Origin: a virus
Virus record (IMG/VR): IMGVR_UViG_3300024346_000007
Strand: one strand, 5' to 3'
Length of the DNA stretch: 64,000 bases
Part shown: piece by piece, positions 1-10,170 of the stretch
How the letters are laid out: the number at the start of each line of letters is the position of its first letter
Position numbering within the stretch: the stretch's first letter is position 1
Notes under the pieces: generated by a model
Databases searched by the model: none
Seen by the model: only the letters and a program-made list of their open reading frames with translations
What the model was told of the DNA's origin: nothing
Position numbers and translations under genes: made by a program

Positions 1-166
1 TAAACCTGTCTATATTCTCTTCGTAGTAGTAAGGCTTTACTTTACCACTGTGTGTCATATTAGATTCACAAATGACGAACTTGTCTACCACATCTGATAA
101 TAATCGAAGCCTAAGTTCTAGTAAATCTAGCTCATTAAAGAACGTAAAGCAATCTACAACTTTCAT
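1..166 (-). CDS. Glycosyltransferase family 17-like (MGAT3-like) protein, 5' part; runs off the left edge
   Basis: Manual translation from ATG at 166: MKVVDCFTFFNELDLLELRLRLLSDVVDKFVICESNMTHSGKVKP. This matches the GT17 N-terminal pattern D.F.F.NE.D.L..R...L...VD.FVI.ES..T.SG..K. Confidence 0.8.
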   Translation of the reverse strand, partial: MKVVDCFTFFNELDLLELRLRLLSDVVDKFVICESNMTHSGKVKPYYYEENIDRF

Positions 167-170
167 AACA

Positions 171-803
171 TTATTTAAATTTATAACCTGTTTGTTTTTC
201 TATAAACTTTATACTTACTTCATGTGCTTTTAATCCTAAAACATTTGATCTCACATTAAAGAAATGAAATGCCATCCACTCTTTATTTTTAACAATGTAT
301 ATAACTTTCCAACAATCTGTCGGTACTGTAACCCTTCCTATCTTACTTTGGGATCCCCAAGATCCAGACCATACTTTTACTGAATCATACTTTAGAGATA
401 ACTCCCTCGTAAACTCTTCTAGTTGTTTCCAATCCCCTCTATTTACTGTCGGGTGTTGAGGCGTCATGTTAGAAAAGAAAAAAGACTCTCTCATAGATGT
501 AGAATCACAAGCAGCATCAGCTGCTGTAAAATTATGACCTCTATCATATCCAGACTTATTATAATCCTTATATAGATCAGTCTGTTTAGGAAGTAGAGGA
601 TCTGGTATAAATTTATTAGTTCTGGGGTATTTAGTGATGCAAGTTAATGATTTCTTAGTTACTACCCAATAAACTTTTTTAGGATACTTTAAAGATGTAT
701 CAAAGCTTGTTTGATATTGTTTATGTTTAATAAATACTGTATGCTGTGTAAATGCAGTAATAGCTAAAAATACTAATAGAATAGCAAGCGTTATTTGTTT
801 CAT
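171..803 (-). CDS. DNA/RNA non-specific endonuclease (NucA/Serratia family) with N-terminal signal peptide
   Basis: GYDRGH active-site motif, ESFFFSNMTPQ...NRGDWKQLE, VTVPTDCWKV; hydrophobic leader MKQITLAILLVFLAITAFT-Q. Confidence 0.9.
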   Translation of the reverse strand: MKQITLAILLVFLAITAFTQHTVFIKHKQYQTSFDTSLKYPKKVYWVVTKKSLTCITKYPRTNKFIPDPLLPKQTDLYKDYNKSGYDRGHNFTAADAACDSTSMRESFFFSNMTPQHPTVNRGDWKQLEEFTRELSLKYDSVKVWSGSWGSQSKIGRVTVPTDCWKVIYIVKNKEWMAFHFFNVRSNVLGLKAHEVSIKFIEKQTGYKFK

Positions 804-1522
804 CGATCAAGTCTGTAATGTGTGAATAGTCCTTCTCCGTGTGCAACTGTGAAATCTTGTTCTTGCCACCACCCATCTATCTTTCCTTCTAGTTCATTGC
901 CTTCTCCGGAAAACGGTGCTATGCTTTTGATATAGAACTCTTTATTATAAATACAAGGATTGTTTGTTTGATTGGCATACTTTGATTTAGCGTAATACAA
1001 TCCTGTTTCTAGATCTTTGCTTATGTAATCAGGGAAATCAGTATCAGGGTTTTCTCTCCAATGTACACACTCAAATAAATGTTTAGGACTATCAAATTCT
1101 CGATTCGCAAATTGCAAAGTATATAGAGGCTCTCCTGGAGCTCTTCTGCTTCTAAACTTAACTACATCAGCCTTACTTTTCTCAATCATATCCATACCTT
1201 TTGATAACTCACTATATACTATAGGAAAGAAATCAGGAAGGATAATCCAGTCGTTCTCTAGAAGTAGTATGTTATCCGTCTCTGCTGCGTGTGCTAGAGT
1301 ACTTAGCCCCTTCCCTATACCTACGTTAGTAGGGCTGAGTATTACATCCGTATTATATTTGGCTGCTATTTTATAATCGATGTCGCTACCTTCCTGTGCA
1401 AAAATACAGACATCGTTTACCATGTCCAACAACCCAGATCTTTTGTAGCTTTCCATTGTATTATGCAAAGTACTGTGCGCATTCCATGTAAGAATGCCTA
1501 TAGACAGATTAAGTTTATTCAT
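800..1522 (-). CDS. GT-A fold (GT2-like) glycosyltransferase
   Basis: SIGILTWN start, NVGIGKG, ILLLEND (DxD-like); lies within the GT cluster. Confidence 0.65.
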   Translation of the reverse strand: MNKLNLSIGILTWNAHSTLHNTMESYKRSGLLDMVNDVCIFAQEGSDIDYKIAAKYNTDVILSPTNVGIGKGLSTLAHAAETDNILLLENDWIILPDFFPIVYSELSKGMDMIEKSKADVVKFRSRRAPGEPLYTLQFANREFDSPKHLFECVHWRENPDTDFPDYISKDLETGLYYAKSKYANQTNNPCIYNKEFYIKSIAPFSGEGNELEGKIDGWWQEQDFTVAHGEGLFTHYRLDR

Positions 1523-1525
1523 GTG

Positions 1526-2068
1526 TTATTTTTTATTTACTTCAAAAATAATATCATCGTATCTATTTTTATTACTTCTTAAATCAAATACTTTGCAATC
1601 ACTTACTATTGATTTATCTAAGCTATTTTTTAATGGGTCTACCCAATCTATTTTTTGCAAATCCTCTATTATAAGTTTTCCTCCTGATTTTATCTTATGT
1701 ATCCATTTAGTAGTAGATATTATTTGAGATTCTAAAGTATGGGGACCATCATCTATAATGTAATCAAAGTACCCGTCAGGAAACTTATCTATGAACTCAT
1801 CTGTATATGCATCGTCTATTATTAATTTATCGTATATACGATCAGATTCGTATAGATCTTCGTTGTCCACTCCTACTATCTCAGAGTTTGTAAACCAAGA
1901 TTTCCACAAAACTATGGAAGGGCCTCTATGAACTCCTATCTCCATAAGTTTTATTTTCTCATCTCTCTTACCTAAAAATTCTTTAGAGTAATATCCTGAT
2001 ATATAATCGTGGGTTGATCCTTTATCGCTCTTGGCTCCTTGTTTAACGTAAAGTTCTTCTAGTGTCAT
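1526..2068 (-). CDS. Class I SAM-dependent (sugar O-) methyltransferase
   Basis: SDK..H.Y motif, LMEIGV..G.S, FDYIIDDGPH, GGKLIIEDL. Confidence 0.8.
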   Translation of the reverse strand: MTLEELYVKQGAKSDKGSTHDYISGYYSKEFLGKRDEKIKLMEIGVHRGPSIVLWKSWFTNSEIVGVDNEDLYESDRIYDKLIIDDAYTDEFIDKFPDGYFDYIIDDGPHTLESQIISTTKWIHKIKSGGKLIIEDLQKIDWVDPLKNSLDKSIVSDCKVFDLRSNKNRYDDIIFEVNKK

Positions 2069-2679
2069 TACAGGCTAGTTTTAATAAAATCTTCTACGCT
2101 TATCAAATTTAACAGTCTTGATTTATTATCAAAGAAATAATTCCAAGATGATAGTGCTTTTTTATAATCTTCTATATCATTTTGTGTATCTCCTTTAGAA
2201 TCTTTAGAGATAACCCCACAGCCGCAATCTGTATCTACAGTAAAGAAACTATGATTACCTTTAGATCTAAATCTTAAAACAGACTTATACACATCTCCAT
2301 GCCATATAGGACTTACTCTCGGCACTAAAGTATACACTTCTTGTTCTGGGTTACAGTCGTGCATTACAATAACCCCATTGTCTCTAAGATGTAATAATGC
2401 ATTTTCTATATCAACATCTACTTGATAGGAATGATGTAACCCATCTATGAAGATAATATCGTACATCTTATCAGATCCTTTAATGCTCTTAAAGAAATCA
2501 TCTGATGTCATTGGATGAGTTACTTCTTCAGCTATATGACCTTCGGATCCTGGATCTACTCCGGTTCTATTTTCTGCAATGACTTCTCTCATACATTGTC
2601 CGGTGTACACGCCTATCTCTAAATAATCTTTATAACCCCGTTCTTTTATGAACTTGTTTATAATTTCGTATCTTTTCAT
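2068..2679 (-). CDS. Class I SAM-dependent methyltransferase (Methyltransf_24-like)
   Basis: YLEIGV, TSDDFF, YDIIFIDGLH, GVIVMHDCNP. Confidence 0.85.
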   Translation of the reverse strand: MKRYEIINKFIKERGYKDYLEIGVYTGQCMREVIAENRTGVDPGSEGHIAEEVTHPMTSDDFFKSIKGSDKMYDIIFIDGLHHSYQVDVDIENALLHLRDNGVIVMHDCNPEQEVYTLVPRVSPIWHGDVYKSVLRFRSKGNHSFFTVDTDCGCGVISKDSKGDTQNDIEDYKKALSSWNYFFDNKSRLLNLISVEDFIKTSL

Positions 2680-3335
2680 ACTTTGTACTTTGTATTATAT
2701 ATCTCTACGTCTTTGTTTTTTATTTCATCGAATGCTGGATCATCCGATGTTGTACTCATTTTAGTTTGTATAGGGAATGTCATTAAGTAATTTAATCTAC
2801 CAGCTATTCTGTTTTGGTGGTATAGGTAGTCATCCCCACACCATACTTTCATTTCTTCTGGTATGGTTACATAATGATTTTTATGCATAACCATGAATAT
2901 ACCAAATCCCCACGTTCTTTCAGGAATGTCAACTAAATTAAATTCATTTATTATAAATCTTTTAGGACTCTCTACCTGTTGTATTGATGGATGACAAGCT
3001 CCAATTACTCCCATAGTTTCCATATTAGCTTGAGATAGCCCAGTAAATATTTGTTCTGGTACTGTTACATCATCATTTATTATGGCTATATAATCTTCTT
3101 TTGCTATAGACACTCCTAAATTCCAAGCAGGGTTTACATATATGTTTTTATTTTGGGAGTGTATTTGCAACTTATCATTAAATAATATCTTTGAAACATT
3201 ACTATCGTTTTCAGTATTATCTATTAATATAACTTCAGATACAAAAGGATCTTCATATAAATTAGCTAATAGTTCATTTGTAATATCAATACATCTGAAC
3301 ATTGTAGGTACTATAACAGAGAATTTTTTTTCCAT
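2676..3335 (-). CDS. GT2 family glycosyltransferase
   Basis: FSVIVPT, EVILIDN, NIYVNPAWNLG, IINDD, WCGDD. Confidence 0.8.
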   Translation of the reverse strand: MEKKFSVIVPTMFRCIDITNELLANLYEDPFVSEVILIDNTENDSNVSKILFNDKLQIHSQNKNIYVNPAWNLGVSIAKEDYIAIINDDVTVPEQIFTGLSQANMETMGVIGACHPSIQQVESPKRFIINEFNLVDIPERTWGFGIFMVMHKNHYVTIPEEMKVWCGDDYLYHQNRIAGRLNYLMTFPIQTKMSTTSDDPAFDEIKNKDVEIYNTKYKV

Positions 3336-4261
3336 TAATATTCTTTAAACTTTCTTAAAATAGTATCAACTCTTTGTACTTGGGTATGATTCTTCATAAC
3401 TTTATTGTGTCCGTTCAAAGATATTCTTTGTCTATCTTCTTTAGCCTCTTCACTAAGATAGTAGTTTATTTTAGAGACACACTCTCCCAAACTATCGTAG
3501 TAAACTATATCTTCGTTTTCTACAAAGAGTTCGTCTATATTACTTTGAATAGGAAGTCTATCTGTAATAACTAGCTTTCCACAAGCCATGCCTTCAAACA
3601 ATCTTCTAGTTATCTCATGCCATCTGCTTTGTTGGAACACTATGATTCCGCTATTAAGGAAATCACCATACTCCATTCCAGATAACCCATTTCTATTTAT
3701 AAACTTATCAGGCATTATTTGACTAAGGTAGTCCATCAAATTAGAACCTCCAGGGCCTCTAGTAGATCTAACCTTTGGAAGTTCATCAAACGGGGTAAAC
3801 CCTGAGTATGGCTTATGTATATTGCTGTCTGCGAAGTGCGTCCACCATTCTGCGTTTATGTGCCTCCTCTTATATTCTAAGTAAGAGTCGTGGGCTGGAG
3901 TTAAAGTAAGATGGAACTTAGAGGCTTTGCTAGAATTACGTTCAAAGTTCTGGGGATCGTCTCCTGATTCCATTACCCAGAAAGCTCCGGGTATATTTTT
4001 ACTATCTAGTAAAGGAGAATCAAATCTACCCCAATCCATGTACATTATAATGTCTGGGTTGAATTCTTTTGATGTGCTATCATCAATAAGCTTTTGTATG
4101 TTAGTGTCTATATAATTGTCATACACATCAAATATAGAGTATATTTTTGTTTCCCATCCTCTAGACTCAAACTCTTTAACCACGCTCAAAGGCGTGTTCC
4201 ATACGTCCGTAGGACGGTGTGCGAATATAAAAGCTATTTTATTTACTAAAGACTGCATCAT
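3335..4261 (-). CDS. GT-B glycosyltransferase, CgeB / Glyco_trans_1_2-like
   Basis: GDDPQ, RRLFEGMACGKLVITD, EDIVYY, GHNKVMKNHTQVQRV C-terminal signature. Confidence 0.8.
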   Translation of the reverse strand: MMQSLVNKIAFIFAHRPTDVWNTPLSVVKEFESRGWETKIYSIFDVYDNYIDTNIQKLIDDSTSKEFNPDIIMYMDWGRFDSPLLDSKNIPGAFWVMESGDDPQNFERNSSKASKFHLTLTPAHDSYLEYKRRHINAEWWTHFADSNIHKPYSGFTPFDELPKVRSTRGPGGSNLMDYLSQIMPDKFINRNGLSGMEYGDFLNSGIIVFQQSRWHEITRRLFEGMACGKLVITDRLPIQSNIDELFVENEDIVYYDSLGECVSKINYYLSEEAKEDRQRISLNGHNKVMKNHTQVQRVDTILRKFKEY

Positions 4262-4874
4262 AAGTTCCAGTTCTATTTTCGTACTCGTATCTTTTATACC
4301 CTAAGCTAAATAAATATTCTATCATATCCTTCTCTTTATGCCACATAGGTTGACCAGGTATAAAACCAATCTCCATAACTATTTTACTTGGTATATGTTT
4401 TTTGAACAACTCTTTACACCCTTCTATAAATAAATGTTCTGATTGTTCTATATCTACTTTTATAACTTGTGGTAGAGGTAGCTTATCTGTATTGATTAAA
4501 TCTGATAGAGATCTCCCTGATACTAGTTCTTGTTGTCCATAAGAAACTATTTCGGAAAGAGTATTCCATCCAAGATTGTCTCCTGATCTAGATATAGCTA
4601 CTTCTCTATTGGATTCTATAAGAGCGTAGTTAAATGGTTTTACATTAGGTTTATTTTGAAACCGTTCCACAATGTAATTATAATAATCTTTAATAGGCTC
4701 AAATATATACACCTCTACATCAGGAAGTTTTTGTAAAACTAAGTCTGTAAAGGATCCTACATTCCCACCTACGTCATATAACACCCCATTAGGTTCTAAA
4801 CTGTCAACTGCCTCTTGAACTTCTTTATCTAGTGTGGATTTTAATACGGCATCCCAGCCACTATAATCAGCCAT
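4239..4874 (-). CDS. FkbM family methyltransferase
   Basis: YDVGGNVGSF, YIFEP, NYAL, VIKVDIEQSE. Confidence 0.85.
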   Translation of the reverse strand: MADYSGWDAVLKSTLDKEVQEAVDSLEPNGVLYDVGGNVGSFTDLVLQKLPDVEVYIFEPIKDYYNYIVERFQNKPNVKPFNYALIESNREVAISRSGDNLGWNTLSEIVSYGQQELVSGRSLSDLINTDKLPLPQVIKVDIEQSEHLFIEGCKELFKKHIPSKIVMEIGFIPGQPMWHKEKDMIEYLFSLGYKRYEYENRTGTYDAVFSK

Positions 4875-5790
4875 TTATTAGTATTTTAAATTTTTGCATA
4901 ATGACCTCAGGTTTAAATTGATCTACCAGAGGCTTAATATTGTAATCCTTCTTTTCAAAAGAAGTAAGTATTGCATACAGCTCATTGCCATTGCTATAGT
5001 ATAAACCTTTGTCACCAAGAACATGTATATGATTTCTATCTCTACATTGTATGTTAGTGACTACTGGTTTGTTTTGATGTAGGAACTCTGCTACCGCTAA
5101 ACCAAAAGACTCTCCATCGCTTCTTCCATGTATCATAGCATCGCATGTATTGATGAATGCTGCCTTAGTATTAACGTCTGTATTAGCTTCTGAATACATA
5201 ACATTAGGGTGCTGAAAATTAAGTTGCTTTGTATTCATTAACAAGAATTTAATTCCCTTATCCGCAGAGGCTTTGATAACTTCTCCTAAATATGGGATAT
5301 CAAATTGATCAAGACCTCCGTATCTTCCAAATATAATATCACTATGAGATGCTCCAATGAAATCTCTAAAGTCTTCTTTTATATCAGGTAGAGATACGAT
5401 GTGAGGAAGATAGTCTACATTGTGCTTTTTACCCAGCCACTCACTCACTGCTACATACACATCTCCATGTCTGTCAGAGGCATCAAACACTGCATGTACA
5501 ATGTTTTTAGCACCAGGAAATAATATACCATCATTAAATCCAGCCTTTATAAAATAAGCAACATCTATTTTATAAGAAGAAGATAGTCCTAACTCTCCAA
5601 AAGTATTATACAATATAACTCTATCTCCAAATCTACTTTTAAACTTTTCTAAAGAAGACATATCAGAATTAGCAGGAGCTGCTATATAAGATACATTACC
5701 TAATATAGTTTCATTATAGTGGGCATAGTCATATAAAGCTACTTCAGTTCCTCTAATTCCTAATTGATTAGAGTGGAATAGTATATTCAT
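4867..5790 (-). CDS. GT-B (GT4-like) glycosyltransferase
   Basis: RGTEVALYDYA, FGRYGG, GESFGLAVAE (ExFGL-x3-E). Confidence 0.8.
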   Translation of the reverse strand: MNILFHSNQLGIRGTEVALYDYAHYNETILGNVSYIAAPANSDMSSLEKFKSRFGDRVILYNTFGELGLSSSYKIDVAYFIKAGFNDGILFPGAKNIVHAVFDASDRHGDVYVAVSEWLGKKHNVDYLPHIVSLPDIKEDFRDFIGASHSDIIFGRYGGLDQFDIPYLGEVIKASADKGIKFLLMNTKQLNFQHPNVMYSEANTDVNTKAAFINTCDAMIHGRSDGESFGLAVAEFLHQNKPVVTNIQCRDRNHIHVLGDKGLYYSNGNELYAILTSFEKKDYNIKPLVDQFKPEVIMQKFKILING

Positions 5791-6413
5791 TACAGAGTAT
5801 TGTAGAAATTATTTTGAGCTTCTTGCCTTTTAATATCCTTTATATGTAGCAGGCAGTAATCCTCAGTTTCAAATGGAAGCATAGCATGTGTGTCATGCCC
5901 TACTAATCTTTCATGCACTTTTCCTTCCCATGCTATCTCTGGCTTGTTTAATACTATTCTAGTTTGAGGATCCGGATAATTAATATACCCTTTATCATTA
6001 ACATTCCATCCCCATTTCTGAATATGTTCTTGAGTTAATCCTGGTACTACGTTTATCCTAGGGACTAAAAACATGTCTATGTTTATGTTGTTTAGTAGTA
6101 TTTCTTTGATAGTCAATAGAAGATTCTCATGAACATTCTCATCTGCATCTATAAAGAATATGTAATCTTTTTTACACATTGACTTAGCAAAATTCTTATG
6201 TGCAGCAAAATCTTTACCCAAGGAATTAAAGTATAGATTAACTCTATCTTTATATTCATCTAATGTATTTACTGTAGATTTTTCTGTAGAAAAATCATCT
6301 ACTATTACAATTTCATCCTCTGGTTGTAAATGTTTTAGTAGTCTGTCTAGTAAAGGTTTTATATAATTTTCCCCTTCGTTATGTGTAGTTATACAATATG
6401 ATATAGGTACCAT
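5790..6413 (-). CDS. GT2 family glycosyltransferase (beta-glucosyltransferase-like)
   Basis: DEIVIVDDFST, FAAHKN, FFIDADE, WEGKVHE. Confidence 0.85.
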   Translation of the reverse strand: MVPISYCITTHNEGENYIKPLLDRLLKHLQPEDEIVIVDDFSTEKSTVNTLDEYKDRVNLYFNSLGKDFAAHKNFAKSMCKKDYIFFIDADENVHENLLLTIKEILLNNINIDMFLVPRINVVPGLTQEHIQKWGWNVNDKGYINYPDPQTRIVLNKPEIAWEGKVHERLVGHDTHAMLPFETEDYCLLHIKDIKRQEAQNNFYNTL

Positions 6414-6417
6414 AAAA

Positions 6418-6861
6418 TTAAATTAATCCTGCGGCTTCTAAAGCCCTTGAAAAATATTCTTGATCGAAATGTAACACATGTTTCATATCAGTCTTATATT
6501 GATGGTAGGTTCCATCTGACTTTTTGAATCTCTCCTTCTCTTCCTCTACTACAGGTATGTGAGGTGCGAATGCCCACTTCCAATTATCTTTGGACGAACC
6601 ATCAGCGAATACAATACCCACCCCTTCTTTAGTAATTGTTGTTGGATACCACATAAACCCATCCTCATCTAGATACTTAATGTCCCTAAATAGATTTGGA
6701 ATCATAGACTCATATGATATTACAGTCTCTGTATTATTCAACAGTAGAGTATTTGTAGTGAATCCACACTGTAGACAGTCCCAGCTCACCACTCCATCGT
6801 TATGACGTTCGTAACACAACGGACTCTTACATTTTCGGCAGGTTGTTAATTGATCTTGCAT
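6418..6861 (-). CDS. Zn-finger (CxxC...CxxC) hypothetical phage protein
   Basis: CRKC and CLQC pairs; tightly packed ORF. Confidence 0.6.
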   Translation of the reverse strand: MQDQLTTCRKCKSPLCYERHNDGVVSWDCLQCGFTTNTLLLNNTETVISYESMIPNLFRDIKYLDEDGFMWYPTTITKEGVGIVFADGSSKDNWKWAFAPHIPVVEEEKERFKKSDGTYHQYKTDMKHVLHFDQEYFSRALEAAGLI

Positions 6862-6862
6862 A

Positions 6863-7243
6863 TTAATCTAATAATTGTTTTTTTGTTTCTTCTGGAGTTG
6901 TTTTACCCAGTGTGCTATTTGTGTAGTATCCAAATCCTTCAGGATAGTTTGTATAGTGCCAACAACCCATTTTATCGTTCCATACAGTTGTTGTTGTGTT
7001 ACCACCTCCTGTGTTAAGAAATCCAGTACTACCTGATGTTTGGATTGTTCCTGAAAAAGGATTATATGGTGGAGTTTCAGATTCAAAATCATCTATTTCA
7101 AAATCTAGCCCAACGCTCTCTTCATAATCTTCTACTTCATTCAAAACTTCTTTGATACGATCCCACTGCTTTGGTGTTGTAGTGAAATCATTACATGCTT
7201 CTGAGAATCCTTTTAGCCATATTACAAATTCATAACTTGTCAT
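6863..7243 (-). CDS. Hypothetical phage protein
   Basis: 126-aa ORF filling the gap between neighbours; N-terminal EFVIWLKGF..KQWDRIKE.L. Confidence 0.55.
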   Translation of the reverse strand: MTSYEFVIWLKGFSEACNDFTTTPKQWDRIKEVLNEVEDYEESVGLDFEIDDFESETPPYNPFSGTIQTSGSTGFLNTGGGNTTTTVWNDKMGCWHYTNYPEGFGYYTNSTLGKTTPEETKKQLLD

Positions 7244-7244
7244 A

Positions 7245-8510
7245 TTATAAAGTTTTAAGCTTTGGAAGTTTTATCATTTGAGGAACGCTTAACTTAGGGA
7301 CATTCTTCTCAAGGATCTCAGCCAATCTTTCTACCATTTTATCATAGCTGAACTGGGTTCTGGATTGATGGCCTTGACGCTTTGCATTGTCTACATACTT
7401 GCTATAGTTTTCATACACAGCCTTTAAAGAATCCTCTACTGATTTAGGATCTGCTTTAAACCAACTAGATTCCTTTATAAGAAATTGATTAGCTGCTGAT
7501 GGATGTACCTGATCCACTTTTCCTTGCACAAAGATATTATATTCTTCATTAAGAAAGTCAACATGTCCACTGAAAGGAGATGCTATTATTGGTTTACTGG
7601 ATGCTGCTGAAAATTCTAAGTAAGGTCTACCGAATCCTTCGTTACCTACTAGAGCAAATGCTTTTACCTTTTCATGGTTGTACAGATGATTCATCTCTTC
7701 CTCAGTCAATTCTCCATATAAAATATAGATATTAGGCATATCACCGCCAACAGTCTTTCTTATAACATCTATATTATCTAGAATCTTTTCTTCTTCTATA
7801 ATACTGAAGCCTGCTAAGCTTGTCTTTAGGATTAAAGCAGGGCGTTTCTTCTTGTCCCTGAAGGCGTTTAAGAATGCTTTGATAAGTGTAGTCAGCTGCT
7901 TTCTATCCTCGCCTATATCACCAGCCAGCCAATGTCCTACAGACAAGAAGCAGAACTCTTCTTTTATTTCAGATAAATCTAAATTAGATTTTTCTAATCT
8001 CTTATATTTGTTTGTATCAACACCCTCAAATAAAACTTCAATAGGTTTTACTAATTTAACAGTTTCCTGTTTTTGTTTAGTGTTTTGATCTAACTTATCA
8101 AAGCTAGTATTTTTAGCTACGTCTTTTACAAAGTTAGAAGATACTATGTTGAAGTCCATTCTATTTAACCCTTCCAATAACTCAGCAGGTAATACTGTAG
8201 TCTCTACTAAAGCAGATACGCCAATACTAACTTTCCCTACAGATTGAAACTCATTAGCTACAGTAATCTGAAACCAGATGTCAGGTTGTTTTTCCATCTG
8301 GGATATCACCCTGTTAATTAAGTCCATCTCTTCTGGTATAGCCTCACTCAAAGCTCCATAAGGACATTCACCCCATCTCTGAGATAGAATATTAATATCC
8401 CACTCATCACCCTTAGCTTTAATAAGAGCTTTAACAAAATCACGACTACGGGATCCATAACCTGAGATAACATCTATCGGACAAGAAACAACACATGTAA
8501 GTTTATTCAT
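7245..8510 (-). CDS. GT4-like glycosyltransferase
   Basis: SGYGSRSRD, FEGVD, FLSVGHW, EGFGRPYLE. Confidence 0.85.
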   Translation of the reverse strand: MNKLTCVVSCPIDVISGYGSRSRDFVKALIKAKGDEWDINILSQRWGECPYGALSEAIPEEMDLINRVISQMEKQPDIWFQITVANEFQSVGKVSIGVSALVETTVLPAELLEGLNRMDFNIVSSNFVKDVAKNTSFDKLDQNTKQKQETVKLVKPIEVLFEGVDTNKYKRLEKSNLDLSEIKEEFCFLSVGHWLAGDIGEDRKQLTTLIKAFLNAFRDKKKRPALILKTSLAGFSIIEEEKILDNIDVIRKTVGGDMPNIYILYGELTEEEMNHLYNHEKVKAFALVGNEGFGRPYLEFSAASSKPIIASPFSGHVDFLNEEYNIFVQGKVDQVHPSAANQFLIKESSWFKADPKSVEDSLKAVYENYSKYVDNAKRQGHQSRTQFSYDKMVERLAEILEKNVPKLSVPQMIKLPKLKTL

Positions 8511-8519
8511 AACAATTGA

Positions 8520-9959
8520 TTACAAAGATATATAATGTTTTAGAGTTTTCAATGGTCTATCCTCTATTTTTTTAATATGAAACCTTTCTCTAGGTTTCCA
8601 GTTTTCTAAAGTGTGATATATAGCAGCTGTGAAGTTCTCACCCATAGCCCTAGCACTCATCATAGACTCAGGAGAAGTTACCCACTCTCTTGCTAGTAAT
8701 CCTTTCCTATCTCTCTCCTCTGTCCCCATACTATATATTTCCATGATAGCCTTAGATGCATCTCTAAAATCTGCTCTATCATCTGAGATGTATGGAGTTG
8801 GAGGAGATCCTTGTATGCTAATACCGGAAGGGAATACTGGTATAGCCCACTCTCCGCACTTCTTATACTTTCCTAGATGGTTAGTGCAGAAAGATTCATC
8901 AAACTCAATCCAGTTTCCTTTCTCATCTTCAAACCTCATTTGATCTTGCATGCCTCCAGTTACGTTTGCAATAATCATTCTTCCACACATCATAGACTCG
9001 GTAAGCGATAGCCCCCAACCTTCATTAGATGACAGTAGTATGGTAGCATCTGAAGAGTTATATAACATATTCATATAATCTACTCCTGCTCCAGGATCTG
9101 AGAATATTACTTGGTCTCTCCTATCTCCCATGAACAGATCAATAACTACCGGTAAATCTGTACCATTGTCATCCACTTTGTGGGTATGTAGTACTAAACA
9201 GCACTTATCTGCTTTTTCTGATGGTAGTTGGTCTAGGAAGTGTCTAAACGCTAGTATTGTATCTGGTATAGACTTTCTTCTAATGTTTCTACTGTTGAAT
9301 AGTAATACGAATTCGTATGGCTTATCTTTAAGTAGATTATTTTTAAAGGCCTGTAGTTTTGAGTACTGGTCGTGTTCTTTCCTTATTGGGAAGAAGTTGT
9401 TCTCATTAATACCATGTGGGAAGTATTTAATGATTTTATCTTTAGCATACTCTCCTAATACTATCTCATTTAATATTTTTGTCTGCTTTGATATAGCTAA
9501 CAACGTATCGCATGATCTGTAGTAATTCTTGTTGTATAGAGGGGCTGGCTCACAATCCCAGATGTTTATATATACCATAGGAATAGTTTTCCTAATCTCC
9601 TGTTCTATTCTGAATAGCCACTCGTAATATCTAGGGTCAGTAATGAATACTAGTAAGTCAGGCTTTTCTACAGCTATTAACTGTCTTATGAAGTCTTGAG
9701 TTCCGTATCCATTTGTAGGATATAATATAACTGAGGAGTCTGGTATACCGGCTATCTCATTTGTGGATTGAGATAGATCCATCCTTTTATTCTTATCTGG
9801 ATGATCTATAGCTCCACCTATACATGCGTAGTTAAAAGTGTGAGAAGTACCTAGTACTAATTCCCTGGAGATAGTTGCGATGCCTGAAAAAAACCTAATA
9901 TCATCCCCTATGAAGAGGATTTTTTTCCTGTCTTCTTTTTTAATATAACCTGCTTTCAT
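8520..9959 (-). CDS. GT4-like glycosyltransferase
   Basis: SGIA, FPHGIN, RNIRRK, SNEGWGLSLTESM, NVTGG. Confidence 0.85.
   Translation of the reverse strand: MKAGYIKKEDRKKILFIGDDIRFFSGIATISRELVLGTSHTFNYACIGGAIDHPDKNKRMDLSQSTNEIAGIPDSSVILYPTNGYGTQDFIRQLIAVEKPDLLVFITDPRYYEWLFRIEQEIRKTIPMVYINIWDCEPAPLYNKNYYRSCDTLLAISKQTKILNEIVLGEYAKDKIIKYFPHGINENNFFPIRKEHDQYSKLQAFKNNLLKDKPYEFVLLFNSRNIRRKSIPDTILAFRHFLDQLPSEKADKCCLVLHTHKVDDNGTDLPVVIDLFMGDRRDQVIFSDPGAGVDYMNMLYNSSDATILLSSNEGWGLSLTESMMCGRMIIANVTGGMQDQMRFEDEKGNWIEFDESFCTNHLGKYKKCGEWAIPVFPSGISIQGSPPTPYISDDRADFRDASKAIMEIYSMGTEERDRKGLLAREWVTSPESMMSARAMGENFTAAIYHTLENWKPRERFHIKKIEDRPLKTLKHYISL
8523..8553 (-). promoter_or_regulatory. Bacteroidota-type housekeeping promoter for the 8510 gene
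   Basis: Minus strand ATTG-N19-TATCTTTG, inside the 3' end of the upstream GT gene, 12 nt before the ATG. Confidence 0.45.
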
Positions 9960-9975
9960 TATTTGTTTTTATTTG

Positions 9976-10170
9976 TTATAGACTTCCACTGGTTGCTAAG
10001 TTGTTATAAGTCAACATTTTAACTTGAAACTCCGGGTCAGTGAGGTACAAATGGATAGTCCTGTTTACAAATTTTTGTAATGATAACCCTGTCCTTGCGC
10101 TTTCTACCTTGAAATTTTCAGATAGATCTTTGTGTATTTTAACACTTGTTAATTTTAATTTATCTTTCAT
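9976..10170 (-). CDS. Small putative ribbon-helix-helix DNA-binding protein heading the glycan cluster
   Basis: LTSVKI beta strand followed by two amphipathic helices (LSLQKFVNRTIHLYL). Confidence 0.55.
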   Translation of the reverse strand: MKDKLKLTSVKIHKDLSENFKVESARTGLSLQKFVNRTIHLYLTDPEFQVKMLTYNNLATSGSL

